A DNA stretch of 64,000 bases from Nemertoderma westbladi (Eukaryota > Animalia > Xenacoelomorpha), in assembly GCA_032718475.1 (NCBI GenBank), contig JAUCBJ010008482.1, positions 1 to 64,000 of the forward strand, written 5' to 3'. The position numbers and the translations under genes are program-made. Positions 32,312-45,059 of this stretch are shown one piece after another. The stretch's first letter is position 1, and the number at the start of each line of letters is the position of its first letter. Below the pieces are notes generated by a model. The model searched no databases and had not been told where the DNA came from. It saw only the letters and a list, made by a program, of their open reading frames with translations.

Positions 32312-33497
32312 TGTACGCGCTTTTGAAGACCTTTAGCAGTTTAACCTGCCAAAATTTATATGTCTTTTGGTTTATAAATAGACTTTAGAAATTGACAAAT
32401 ATTTAATACCAATAAACACAACATTAGCAGAAGCCAGCCTAGTGCGCGTCCATTCACCCACTGGATATACCCGGGAGACTGGATTCTGAGGGCTTAGATT
32501 GTTATTGCAGTGTAAGCTTACTGTATTATTCGATTGATCGTTAATAAATAATTTCTGACCAATATTATTCACTTTCGGGAAATATTAACAGTTCCTTTAG
32601 GACGTGGCGCTCTATCTAGGTAAACAAAGCTATGACTTATACTAAACACAACGGTAAGTCGGTAAGGCTTATGATTCACGTATGAGGCGCATTCTTTAGG
32701 AAATGCTTAGTTATCAGTCACAATCATGCACACTACCGGTAACACACAATACTGCTCACTAATTTGCCGACCGTCAATGAATTTTATCATATATAAAGAG
32801 AACAGCAACAGACTCATGTAGTGCTTATCAAATAGCATTAAATTCACTACAAACCACAATAATATAAGTCGCAATCGCTATATGTAACCTGTCTCTCTAA
32901 CCTGTAGTGTATCAAGAAAATTTGGAAATTTGGGTTCTTTATAGATGTTCTCCAAATAATATTCAACCAACTGATACAAAATAATAACAACAATAAAATA
33001 GCAGTATAATAATGTATGTTGAACCGATAATGTAAGACTGAACTGGACTGTTAAGACTGATAACAGTTATACGCTCTATAATCTAAGCCTACTAATGTTT
33101 CTTCTAAAGTCTGAAACGAATTGACTCTAGAGCCGGTGTTCCTGGCCTAGATCGAAACAACACAACAGTATCACAAAAAACAGTAAGACTGAACACTCCC
33201 AGCACGATCTGCCAAATATCTCCACATCGACAGAAAAAATCGCTCTGATTGGCTGTTAAGCTAAACAAAGAACCATGTGTCCAATGGCCGTTTCCATGTC
33301 AGCAACCAGCTGTTAGATGTCGTAATCTGAATCATCAAGGCTAAGCTGTGCCAGGGTATTTGACGCATTGCGGGTTTTTTGCCTTACCATGTCCGCCGAA
33401 GCACACATATAGAAGAATGACTTTTATGTCCGTTAAAACACCTATAACGGTACCTTGCGGGCGAGGGGGACTGATTATATCCGCAAAAGCTTTTACA
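32312..33497 (-). repeat. 5' LTR
   Basis: Direct repeat of 15356-16541. Minus strand has a CCAAT box (CAGCCAATCAG) and TATA/TCAGTC-like motifs near 33035-33080. Confidence 0.97.
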
Positions 33498-34204
33498 AAT
33501 CTCATCGGATTAGATATTAGTACTGAAGGTAAAACACAATACATCCTTGTCTTGTATACGACGATCGGTTGGTGATGTTAATAATAGAGTCTGATAATAA
33601 TAATTATATCCATCCATAGAACAGGTACATTTGCTTCCTTTGGAGGATAGAAGATAGTCTCGTAAGTCGAGGTACACTACCTGTTTGGTACTTAAAGTGA
33701 AAATGTCGTTTTGAGAAAATCGGACTTTATAAGAAAATTTAAAATTTTAAGTAAAAATTTTCAATTTTTTGATTTTCATTGTGATATATGCATATGCAGT
33801 TTTCTATGGGGAATCCAAATCTGTTAACCGCGTGTTAATAGCTAACTTGGTTTTTGAGATAATCCACTTTGAAGGAAGAGTAGTGAGAAGTTATGAAATT
33901 TATAAAATTATTTAAACACCAGTTCGCCGATATATGTCTGCGTGTTAGTAGGTCTGTCTGACGGTCGGTCTGTCTGACGGTCAGTCTGTCTGTTTGTCAG
34001 TCAAAAATGTAAAACATTCTATCTTCAACTTATTTTTATCCATTTGTACGAAACTCTATTTTGATGCACTATTCCGTTTAAATGTTTAGTTCCCAGTGGA
34101 AAGTGACGTGTACGTCGGTTTGTCAGTCTGTTTGTATGTCTGTTTGTTTGTCAACAATTTAAAACTTACCATTTTCAACTTCTATTTATTCATTTGTAGC
34201 ATTA

Positions 34205-34475
34205 CTAATCGAAGTCCCAAGCTAAATAAAAGGTTAGCTAGTTGTACACGTGCTGCTCGAAGTCCCAAACTAAATAATCAGTTAACCTAGTTGTTCACGA
34301 GCTGCTCGAAGTCCCAAACTAGATAACCAGTTGGCTTAGTTGTTCACGTGCTGCTCAAAATCCCAAACTAGATTACCAGCAACCTTAGTTGTTCACGTGC
34401 TGCTCGAAGTCCTAAACTAGATAACCAGTTAGCTTTGTAGTTCACGTGCTCGTGCTGCTCGAAGTCCCAAACTGT
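34205..34475. repeat. About 44-45-bp tandem repeat within a (TCTG)n-bearing dispersed repeat
   Basis: GCTGCTCGAAGTCCCAAACTAGATAACCAG units repeated about 6 times. Confidence 0.7.
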
Positions 34476-34772
34476 GTAACTTTTTTGCCTCACTTTATAG
34501 ACATTTGTTTGCTATTTGACATGCAAATTATTCACCTCGCCCCAATAGCATCACAAAAATGTTACTCAATGTTACTCTTAATGTATTAACTCAGTGTAGT
34601 TTCCAGCTGGTTGACTTAGTAATACATAATAATGCTAATAACTTTGGAAGTACTCATCCAATCGGGATGATTTTTAGCTCATTAGAGAGCTGAGATGTTG
34701 GCCAATCACATCTAACTCAAAAACCTCATTTTCACCTTACGGTACCTTTTCGCTTGCACACTGCCACATTTG

Positions 34773-36681
34773 GGTAGGTGCTAAAATGTACAATGAGCAA
34801 CAATGACCAACAACGAGCAACAATGAGCAACAACGAGCAACAATGAGCAACAACGAGCAATAATAAAGTACAACAACGAGTAACAATGAGCAACAACGAC
34901 CACCAATGAGCAACAACGACCAACAATGATCAATAACGAGCAACAATGAGCAACCAAAATAGAAATAAATTTTGGTGGTAACCAAAACAATAAACGAAAG
35001 TTAAGACTTGTTACAAGATTATGGGTCCAGTCACCAAAAGCTGAGGTAATAAGGGTCCGGTCAATAATACACAAGTAAAATATAAATCAAATATAAAGCT
35101 TCAATACGGTATTCGGACACTCTATAGTATAGAGTGTCCGGTACGGTCAGTAGCCACTTCCCTGTAACTCCTGAGCAACTAATTGACTAACCTTAACCCA
35201 GTAACCTAAATAACAAATCAAATACAAAATAGTCTTGGCCTACCCCATCCCATAAGCTATACAGTAAGTAGTCTGTAATATAGAACGCTAGGCAGACTTC
35301 AGGACTGTCGGGCTGTCCAAATGTATAAAATACAAAATAATAAAACGAAAACCAGTTCACACTTCACTTCACAGTACCGTACATCAGACAGTCAGAACCA
35401 GATAATAGGTAGAGGGGCGGGAGGGCCCTGAAACCACATTGTACCGATAATAGAACTACATGACTTTACGGCAGTTCATTAATTATTAGGTATTGTTAGT
35501 ACCGGTAAGTTTAAACGACACTATCCGAACAGAACAAGACTGATAGACTGAAATCAGGTATAAACTGATAAATATTTGTAGGCCTACCGGTGCCGGTATA
35601 GCAGTATTGTGCACCATCTTGATGACATTGCGGGTATGGAAGCATTTTTTATTAAGTTCTTGGTTGGGAATTTATTTATATCCTACATATATATTCGGGT
35701 ATACTGGGATACATTACTGCATAAGTATCATTGTTGCTCACTGTTGCTCGTTGTTGCTCATTGCTGCTCGTTGTTGCTCATTGTTGCTCATTGGTGCTCG
35801 TTGTTGTACTTTATTATTGCTCATTGTTCCTTGTTGGTGCTCATTGTTGTGCTTTATTATTGCTCGTTGTTGTTCATTGTTGCTCGTTGTTGCTCATTGT
35901 TGCTCGTTGTTGCTCATTGTTGTTCGTTGTTGCTCATTGTTGCTCGTTGTTGTACTTTATTAATGCTCGTTGTTGTTCATTGTTGCTCGTTGTTGCTCAT
36001 TGTTTTTCGTTGTTGCTGATTTGTTGCTCGTTGTTGCTCATTGTTGTTCATTGTTACTCGTTGTTGTACTGTATTATTGCTCAATATTGCTCGCATTGTT
36101 GCTCGTTGTTGCTCATTGTGGCTCGTTATTGCTCATTGTTGCTCGTTGTTGCTCGTTGTTGGTCATTGTTGCTCATTGTTGCTCATTGTTGTGATTTATT
36201 ATTGCTCGTTGTTGTTCATTGTTGCTCATTGTTGCTCATTGTTGCTCATTGTTTCTCGTTGTTACTCGTTGTTGTACTTTATTATTGCTCGTTGTTGCTC
36301 ATTATTGCTCGTTGTTGCTCATTGTTGCTCATTGTGGCTCGTTGTTGGTCATTGTTGGTCATTGTTACTCGTTGTTGTACTTTATTATTGCTCGTTGTTG
36401 CTCATTATTGCTCGTTGTTGCTCATTGTTGTGCTTTATTATTGCCTGTTGTTGTTCATTGTTGCTCATTGTTTCTCGTTGTTGCTCATTGTTGCTCGTTG
36501 TTGCTCATTGTTGCTCGTTGTTGCTCATTGTTACTCATTGTTAATCGTTGTTGTACTTTATTATTGCTCGTTGTTGCTCATTAATGCTCGTTGTTGCTTA
36601 TTGTTGCTCGTTGTTGCTCATTGTTTCTCATTGTTGCTCGTTGTTGCTCATTGTTGCTCGTTGTGCATTTTAGCACCTACC
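34773..36681. mobile_element. Foldback-type (Mutator- or Merlin-like) non-autonomous transposon with 10-bp minisatellite arms
   Basis: TIR GGTAGGTGCTAAAATGYACAA at both ends; 9-bp TSD CCACATTTG (34764-34772, 36682-36690); arms built of TTGTTGCTCR in opposite orientation (about 34790-34952 and 35730-36662). Confidence 0.85.
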
Positions 36682-37237
36682 CCACATTTGTCAAATTTTA
36701 GATCGCTATTGGGTGTAATACCTAACTATTAACTAAGTCTTTACAACTAGATTCTGATTTGATTTTGCTATGTTACCATTTAAATTGGTGATCCGACGAT
36801 AGACCATTTCTACTACCAATATGGAGTACTAAACATTTGTGTGTTGCAATCGATAACTTCCACCTTTTCGCCCATTCCTATAGAGAGACCAGGGCAAGGT
36901 CCAAATTGGTGGAGTTAGTGCGTGCTGCATACAATTTTACATCATCTGCAAATAGTTTACAGATGATGTAAATATATATCTAATCCTATATAACATATAA
37001 TATTAATATATAATTTACTATAATCAAATAAAAATGTATATAACACAAAATAAAAAACCACCAAGGTACATTAAAAATATACAGATCTACTATATTTTGT
37101 AGTGTAAAACCCAAATCTTTATATTTAAATTACAGGTACATTAGATCAATCAGTTTATATGCATGCATTCAATCAGTTTATATGCATTCAATCAGATTTG
37201 TTATTGAAATCTATCAGTAATACACTGAAAATATTTT

Positions 37238-37273
37238 ACCGCTGAAGAGCCATTAGGGCGAAATGCATTCGGT
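37238..37273 (+). ncRNA. Minimal type I hammerhead ribozyme motif (Penelope-type remnant)
   Basis: ACCG-CTGAAGA-GCC ATTAG GGC-GAAA-TGCA-TT-CGGT: core CUGANGA and GAAA, stems I and II, palindromic stem III. Confidence 0.7.
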
Positions 37274-37848
37274 TTTTTATATATATTAATTAATAAATTA
37301 TTTTACTGTATTAATTATTTTACTATATGCTAATAAATTATATTTTTTATTATGATATTAATAAAAACTGTTGCTGGCGAATAACTTTTTTTGATTTATA
37401 TTAATTACACCGGGTGTCAGCTTCAATAAACAACTTTCCTCAATATCTTACCTATAATATTATACTATTAGTTTATTTAATTAACTATATTATACATATA
37501 ATATTAAAATTTACTATACATATAATATTAGTAAATAATTAACATATGATACAAATAATATAGTTAGGGAAAGGAACAGGTTACAGTGGCACGTTATTCT
37601 GACCAAAACAATAAACGAAACTCAATAGAACAGTGTACTGTCTTGTTTATTGTTTTGGTTGCTTCCAACCAACCTCTGTAACCTGCTTCTTTACTAACCT
37701 GCCTACAAGTAGGTTTTAGTGTAAGCGTGTGTGGTGTGTAAGTGTAGGCGTAGCGTTTACCCCTTATTTTTTGGGGTAATCAGCTGTTATTTGCTTTGAT
37801 TTTCCCAGGAAGATGGATAAATTATGATTGCGTTAAAAGTACCCCCCA

Positions 37849-37881
<33 letters not shown>

Positions 37882-40800
37882 TATACAGATACGGTTTTTA
37901 AAACTTAACCCCTATTAATTAAAATATTGAGTTTGTCGTGGGGAACATGGCTCGAAGTCGAAACACATGGCCGTCTCTATTGAATCCATGGAACATATGC
38001 TTTTAATGTTATAGACACCAGACTTTAGGGTCATCTAAGAGCAGACAGAGAGAATACATAGAACGAATGCTAAGTGTGAACCCATTACTCAAAATACCGT
38101 TAACTCAAGCTTGCCAATATCCAATATCAAGACGTTTCCCTTTATTTAATTAATTTACTAGTACTCAATCTCATGCAGGGGAGGGGGGTAATATCGACAA
38201 ATTAATATCTACAAAAAGAAAAGTTTCTTACATGTTTAGATGTTTTAAAAATTGGTGATATTTTGCACATCTAAACCAATTTTTTTTAACAATATTGAGA
38301 CTTTGACTCACTTTGACTCACTGAGACACACTTTGAGAAAACTAATGACATTACATTAACGGTCAGTGTATGCAGTGGCTACCCCTCTGCAGTAATATAA
38401 TACTGTTGGAAAAAGCTTTAATGCTCAAAAATTTCGCCTCTCTTTATGCCTGCAATTTCACCCCCTAGAAATTTGCTGCGGGGGGATTGCCCCCCCCCAC
38501 CCCCCCCCCCCCCATCCCCCACCGCCCCGTATGCCTATGCATGTAATATTACAAGGTTTAATTAATCCTTAGTACATAACATCCCAGAGTTTTTTGAAAT
38601 TACATCTAAAAGAAACGGCTGTATATTTGCTTTGTGTTTATTTGTTAGCCAAAGTTTGGAGAAGTTTTCTGTCAGAGATTTTACAATTTATTATTTGGAC
38701 AACTTTGTAGCGACTTTGACTACCAAACTGCATGTGTTCTAATCAATCTGAATAGTTACTGTACAAAGGGAATCAAATATTAATATTATATTCTCAATAT
38801 TCACGTAACTTTTGAACCTGTCAGATTTAGTAGTAATTTATCTCGCATAGAGAGTTTCCTTATTCAATAGCCTTTACCAAAATCCCCTGACATTTCTCTG
38901 TTTGAAATTCTGTTGAAACTCTAATCAAAGGAAATGGGTGCTGCATGGACATGACACCACTATGTGCCTATAATATAAATAATAAAGCGCGGTTTTCGAC
39001 ATAAAATATTCCTTCCTTCCATTCAATTAACTACATTTTTTACAACTAACTGTTGTTGTCTAAAGGTTTTACAATCTGCCACCCCTTGTAACTGGTTCCC
39101 ATCTCACTGCTGCATGGATTCCTTACCATGACTCACCAATAGCAGGCTTCCATTGATTCACAGGAAACATCGCCGCAATTACTAATGGTAAAAACTCATG
39201 CTTTCTCCACTAAACTCCCTTATTTTGAATCGCATTTAAAAAAAGATTACAAATATAGGTCAGTTTTTTTGGTTGTTATCTATTTCGTAAAATATATTTA
39301 ACTGATAAAACAATCGACACCCTGTTTGTTGATTAACTGTTTGTATCCTTTGGGGTATTTTCATGATCCTCTGATTTGTTAATTTCTACTGTTTGTAAAA
39401 CATTTAGGGTTTCTATAATACGGAAACGCATTAATTTTATCGAAGTACAGTTTTTCGAAGTATATAATTTTGCCTGCTGAATTGTATACATATATACGCA
39501 ATGTACATTGTAGGCATACATGGTATATCTTCTTTCTAGAACATGATACACTTGTTTTGCTAATAGCTTGGTACGCATGGTATATGGAAGGAACATCGTA
39601 TACATAGTAACGTAGTTGAGTAGTAATTAATAAAATTATTTATTGATAAAATTTAAAATAATGGTATTCTTTTTTCTACCCTTTTACATATTATTTATGC
39701 ATTACAAATAGGCCTAGTAATTATTTAATTAATAAAGAATTCATTATACTTATAATAAGACTAATAAAGAATAAACATTTATCAGACTTATATCTACCAT
39801 ATTTACGTATTCATCCAGAGTAAAGTATCTTACTTTTTATCGATAAACTCCTAAATGGTTAGAATTATATTTATCATCACTATTTTGGTCTTTTTGCTAT
39901 TAGCAAATATACCTAGGCCTAGGCAAATATATCAGAGAGCTTCCTCTAAGCAGTAAAACTATTTTTCTGAGGATAAGCCTTAAAAAGAGACAGGAAAAGG
40001 GACTCTTCGAAAGTAGTGTCGAAAGATTTCGATCATCTACAAATTGATCTAATGTGATCGATCATTTCATAAAGGAATTCCGTGCGCGTGACAGGGCTTG
40101 AAATATTTTGAACAAGCGTGGTCTTGGCACAAAGTCGCAAATAATAACTTGAAGAACTCTACAAAATTGCACACTTTGTAGATGTTTTTTCAATGAAAGT
40201 GGAAAGTGCCAGAACGTTTCTGACCACAAAGACGCAGGCATTTGTTTAGGACTACTAATAGAGAATCCAAAACCAGAACAAAATAAATAATACTTCATAT
40301 TGGCTCATATCATGATAAAATTCTTTGGAGAAGCATATAGGGAGGGAGGGAGGGGTGAGGGTGTTGCTTTTTGTTTATTAATAATAATTATAATATTAGT
40401 ATTCAGAGTAGAACTCGATGCTGAATAACTTAATAATCCAAACAAAACCTACATGAACTCCATCCAACCTAAAAGCATTATATAATCCCTAGATACCATG
40501 TAACTCAGTATGAAACCCAGTAATTAATCCCAAACACTTAGAAGGTAGTATCGCTATTCTTTCCTTCTTATAGTTTATAATTTTTTGCTCTTGTTCATAA
40601 TTTAGTGACGTCAGTTGATTTGATATTTATTGGTGTTAATTCAACCGAAAAATATTTTTCTCTTACTATTTTTCCAATGAAATGCCGTAGGAATTGCGGA
40701 GACGAGGATATATGGAATAGACGTCTCAAGGTTAACAATTCTAGTTAAGTTCAGTTCAATAATAATGCGAATCAGTGTTGGAGGTTGGGTTGATTTAGGC

Positions 40801-41714
40801 CTCAGTCAACCCAACTCAATATATCGGTGGCCTTGCCTAGCCCCTAATCAGTAGATGTTAACGTTAAGTCATCACTACTCGCTCTCCGAATGTTTAATAC
40901 AGACAGTAGGAATATCACAATACCGACATACATGCAGACAATTATCCTACCCTGCTATTTTTTTTGAACGTGCTGTTGCACAATTGGGTAGTTTAACAAA
41001 GAACAACAGAACATAACAATTGTAGTTTAGAACGAAATAATTAACGATCCTTTGTAAAATGTCGACATGTATTATTTCCGAAATAAAACTTAATTACCGC
41101 TCATTTTGGCTCTAAATGTTTATAAAAATAATCACGTTAAACGAGATTGAATCATAATTACGTGAAACATCACAAGATAGAAAACTCCTTCACTCCCAGT
41201 TCTAAAAAAACCTAAGCATTATTCAGTAATTAATACCTAGCACCTTGTCAATAATAATGACTTGTCAATTCAAATGTCACAATATCATTTGATACCCAAT
41301 TACAAACGTCAAATTAGAATAGTGTGTAGGTTAAGGCCATAGTTAGGACAACCAACATGGGAAGAACACTGTCACCGTTCATGGCCATGCTTGTTGGTTG
41401 TTAAAGGCTGCACCCCATACAGCAAACACAATGTTTGATAAATTAATCGCCATTCCGAAACCATTTAAATGCAACCAAACTCCTTATCTGCTATTGTCCC
41501 TCTATAACCTTACAGTTACAACCAACTAATAATCCCCCGCAATAATGGCCATGATACTTGATAAAGAAATCGAATATATACAGTAAATGTATTCCATTTA
41601 AATAAATGATATTCGATTATTCAGATGTCTTTTGAATCGCAAATAGCTAAGTAAATATAAATCTCACGAATTAATTCTAATCATAAACCTTACAGGAATG
41701 TAGGAGGCAACTAG

Positions 41715-41906
41715 GTGACATATTAACACCATTCTTATTCATAATTGTGGTTGACTATGTTCTACGCTTGTTGGTTGTTGGTTGGTCGCTGATCTAGACT
41801 TTGCTGATGACTTAGGAGTACTCTCAGAATCACTAGAGGGAGCCCAACGGCTCCTCAGCTCATTAGAACAGGGTGCTTCTAGTGTTGGTCCTTTTATTAA
41901 CTCCAG
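41715..41906 (+). pseudogene. RTE-clade LINE fragment (RT region)
   Basis: Nearly identical to the reverse complement of about 50535-50765 (FLFIIVVDYVL...DLDFADDLGVLS). Confidence 0.8.
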
Positions 41907-44900
41907 TTATTACCCACCCAGAAGTTATTTGCCCGCTTTTTAATAGTAAGAAGCGGGTTTTCAACTCGGTTATTTTCCCGGAACCCGCTTTTCGCATGTT
42001 CAAAACAGTTGCTATGGATAAACAAGTACATTCCATAATAATACAATACAGTTTACTGTATTGTATTCACAATACAGTTAACATTGCGATTGTACTGTGT
42101 ACTGTACTGTATGTGTATGTGTATTCAGTCTTCATTTTTATTCTAGAACTAATATTTGACATTTTGCCAGAAATATAGTAGCTAGTAATTTTGATTTTGT
42201 GTTAGCTAGTACTTTTTATTAGCTAGTGAAAAGAATTATAATTTAAAAATTCAACAGTCTTTTTTCTTGTAAAAAGGGCTTTTATTGTGAAGTTTCTGAT
42301 TCTAGAACAAATATTTGACCTTCTGACAGTAAGATGGTAGCTAGTACTTTTGATTTTGTGTTAACTAGGACTCTTTATTAGCTAGTAAAAAAAATAACAA
42401 AAATAATATTTAATTCTCAACTATATATTTCTCTGGATGAAATTATGAGCTACTACTAATGAGCTTTCTACTGTAGCTACTAGTTTTTAAACAAAATATT
42501 GGCGGATGTCAAAATACTTTTTACTATTCAGAAATGTAAATTGACAATTGTACTAAAATAAAAAACTGTAAATTGGTCAACTAAAAATTGGTCAAAAAGT
42601 GTGTACGCATTGCATAGTAGTAATGCCCTACTGTGTTTTGGGCACACCCCCACCAAATTTTTTATACTAGCTAGTGTTTAGGCTAGAGTTCGGTGCCCGT
42701 GTCAGCATTTTCATTTTATTCCAAAATGTATCTAGTTTACTAGTTTTAATGTTTGTGTAAAGTTCTCTAGAACATTTCGAAATATATATATTTTTTAATT
42801 ATGTTCTAGAACATTTCGTAATATATATATATATATATTTTAATTATGTTCTAGAACAAATTTTTATTCGTTCTAGAATATTTTTTAAAAATTGTAAATT
42901 CTTAGATAAGGTTTACAAAATGGATACAAATTTCATAGACAGATTGTTCAATGAGATGGACACTTATAAGACAGAGGCGGTTGAGTACAATGACGCCATC
43001 TGTCTGGACTATGACAATGGAGAATTTTTAACGCAGGCTACAATGGTTGAGGAGGACAATACCGATAGTTTCGATGGTGCTACAGACGAAATGCTGAGTC
43101 AGTTATCAATGATGGAAGAGGTTATTAGCGACAATTTCGATATTGCAACTGACGAAATGCTGAGTCAGATATCAATGGCCGAAGAAGATAATAACCTCAG
43201 TCAGGTATCAAAGGTCGAAGATAACAATACCGACAATTTCGATGTCTCTACAGAAGTCGACATAAGACAGGTAGCAATGGAAGAGGTCTTAACAACAAAG
43301 GTCAATGATGGGACCACAGGTAAGAAGAGTCGTTTAGGACCTATCATTGCAGAGGATGAGTACTTACGTGAAAATCAAAATCCCAATACAGTCGAGTCTA
43401 CGAAGCAGTCAATCTCAGCCTTCACGAAGTTCTTGCGTTTACGAAATCCACCAGTTAATAAAGATATCAAAGACCTAAATGTTAAGGAAATGGCATGTTA
43501 CCTCAATGAGTTTATAATGCGGTACAATAAGAGTGAAGATGACGTTTTTGAAACAACTACTCTGAAGACTTACTATTATGGAATTATCAGACACTTTAAG
43601 GATGCTGGATTTGGAGATGTGTTAAAACAGGTAGAATTTGAGAAAACAAAAAAAATATTTGCTACGCGAATGGGTGAACTAAAGGCACAAGGTAAGGGAA
43701 ATCTTGAGAATGCCAGCAGTGCCCTACAGAGGTATGATTTCAAATTAATGAAGAATAAGGGAGTTCTGGGTGTCGAAACACCAACGCAGCTACGAAACAC
43801 CTTATACATGGTTCTACTTACCCAGTTCGGGATGCGGCCAGGTTTGGAAATGAGGAACATGGAAGTCGGTGACGTCATCAAAAAGTGTTGCCCCGAGACA
43901 AAGAGAAACTTTTTAGTAATGACAGAAAGAAGAACAAAGACACGGAATGGCCTAACCCAACCTCGACAATATAAAAATAAAGCGTGGGAATACCCGGAGG
44001 ATAGGTCTGTGTGTCCAGTGTCCTTGCATGAACTCTATATTGCTAAACGATTTCCTAATGGAAAGGTAGTGTCCGAAGCACCTTATTGGGTCCGTCCTAA
44101 ACCAGGCAATCCAAAGTCAGGCAAATCCCTTTGGTTCTGCGACCAGCCAACAGGGAAGAACCACTTTGCAATAATATTTAAATCCATTGTCGAGACCGCC
44201 GATTTAAAGAGTGATGGACGTAAAATAACGCCTAACAGCTGCCGCAAGACTACAGCACAATCACTCGTAGACAATGACGTGCCTGTGAACTACGCCCAGA
44301 TGAAACTTGGCCATAAAAGCCTGTCCACGACGTCTAGTTATATCCGTCCTTCGGATGCTTCAAACCAGAAAATTAGCAACATTCTTTCCTCGGTGATGTC
44401 AGGTGGGGATAACGTACGAGCGGAGAAAGTCGCACATCACGAGGTTGATGCAGCTGCAACCAAGTCATTGAATTCAGTGCAGGTGGAAGCGAATCGGTTC
44501 AATGCACTCGACTTCAAATCACTATTTACCAATAACGTTATTGCAAGTGACATAAACATAACTTTTACAAAATAGACAGTAGACACCTCGTAACAACCAA
44601 CAACGTATCAGAAACTCTGAAGTAAATTGTTCAACAAATTGCTAAAATTATTTATATTGCGCTTCGAATATTATAGGGCCTACTTCATACAGAAACATAT
44701 TCATTGCCGTTAAAAAGATAGTTATTTTAAAAATATAGATAATTATTCTTCCCCCAAAAAACCAAGCCCCTTTTTTATGACCTGCCCCACCAACAAATCC
44801 CTCTTAGATTTGTTAATTAACCATGTCGGTGTGGAATAGTTACGCGGGAAAATAACTGCTGGTTGGGTAATAACTCACTTATTACCCTAGTTTTGAGTTA

Positions 44901-45015
44901 TTTTCCCGGTTATTTTGCCCTTGGAGCAGGATACCCTCGGGCCTGCGGCCCTTGGGTTGTATCCTGCTCCGCGGGCAAAATAACCGGGAAAATAACTCAA
45001 AACTAGGGTAATAAA
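41905..45015 (+). mobile_element. Crypton DNA transposon
   Basis: Inverted repeats AGTTATTACCCACCCAGAAGTTATTTGCCCGC (about 41906) and GCGGGAAAATAACTGCTGGTTGGGTAATAACT (about 44844), a near-perfect terminal palindrome of about 135 bp (44879-45014), and a tyrosine recombinase ORF. Exact ends are uncertain. Confidence 0.8.
42920..44575 (+). CDS. Crypton tyrosine recombinase (DUF3504/ZMYM-KCTD1-related)
   Basis: FGMRPGLE (Arg), ERRTKTRNG, RSVCPV, PTGKN, ITPNSCRKT (HxxR position), LGHKS...SSY (His and catalytic Tyr); acidic repeated N-terminus. Confidence 0.88.
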   Translation: MDTNFIDRLFNEMDTYKTEAVEYNDAICLDYDNGEFLTQATMVEEDNTDSFDGATDEMLSQLSMMEEVISDNFDIATDEMLSQISMAEEDNNLSQVSKVEDNNTDNFDVSTEVDIRQVAMEEVLTTKVNDGTTGKKSRLGPIIAEDEYLRENQNPNTVESTKQSISAFTKFLRLRNPPVNKDIKDLNVKEMACYLNEFIMRYNKSEDDVFETTTLKTYYYGIIRHFKDAGFGDVLKQVEFEKTKKIFATRMGELKAQGKGNLENASSALQRYDFKLMKNKGVLGVETPTQLRNTLYMVLLTQFGMRPGLEMRNMEVGDVIKKCCPETKRNFLVMTERRTKTRNGLTQPRQYKNKAWEYPEDRSVCPVSLHELYIAKRFPNGKVVSEAPYWVRPKPGNPKSGKSLWFCDQPTGKNHFAIIFKSIVETADLKSDGRKITPNSCRKTTAQSLVDNDVPVNYAQMKLGHKSLSTTSSYIRPSDASNQKISNILSSVMSGGDNVRAEKVAHHEVDAAATKSLNSVQVEANRFNALDFKSLFTNNVIASDINITFTK

Positions 45016-45059
45016 TACAGTAATTGAAACGTTACGAGTGATAATAATAACCTTACTAT

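Larger units (their letters stand above)
15356..33497 (-). mobile_element. Full-length BEL/Pao LTR retrotransposon, 18.1 kb, with an extra third ORF
   Basis: Two 1186-bp LTRs with TG...CA ends; 5-bp TSD AATCT (15351-15355, 33498-33502); domain order gag-PR-RT-RH-IN with BEL/Pao signatures; PPT next to the 3' LTR. Confidence 0.97.

Noticed and set aside
15220-33528. Open frame reading across the empty LTR insertion site (FWDTGEFQ...PIINLIGLDISTE|GT)
   Set aside because: No clear acceptor or start and no recognisable homology; a disrupted host exon cannot be supported.
35607-36732. Long Cys/Leu/Val-rich ORFs (up to 333 aa), also at 34732-35074
   Set aside because: They are translations of the 10-bp TTGTTGCTCR minisatellite and are open in several frames.
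37846-37876. Poly-C tracts (also 8488-8514, 38490-38525, 46265-46287)
   Set aside because: Simple homopolymers, typical of MITE ends and unreliable in length; no functional evidence.
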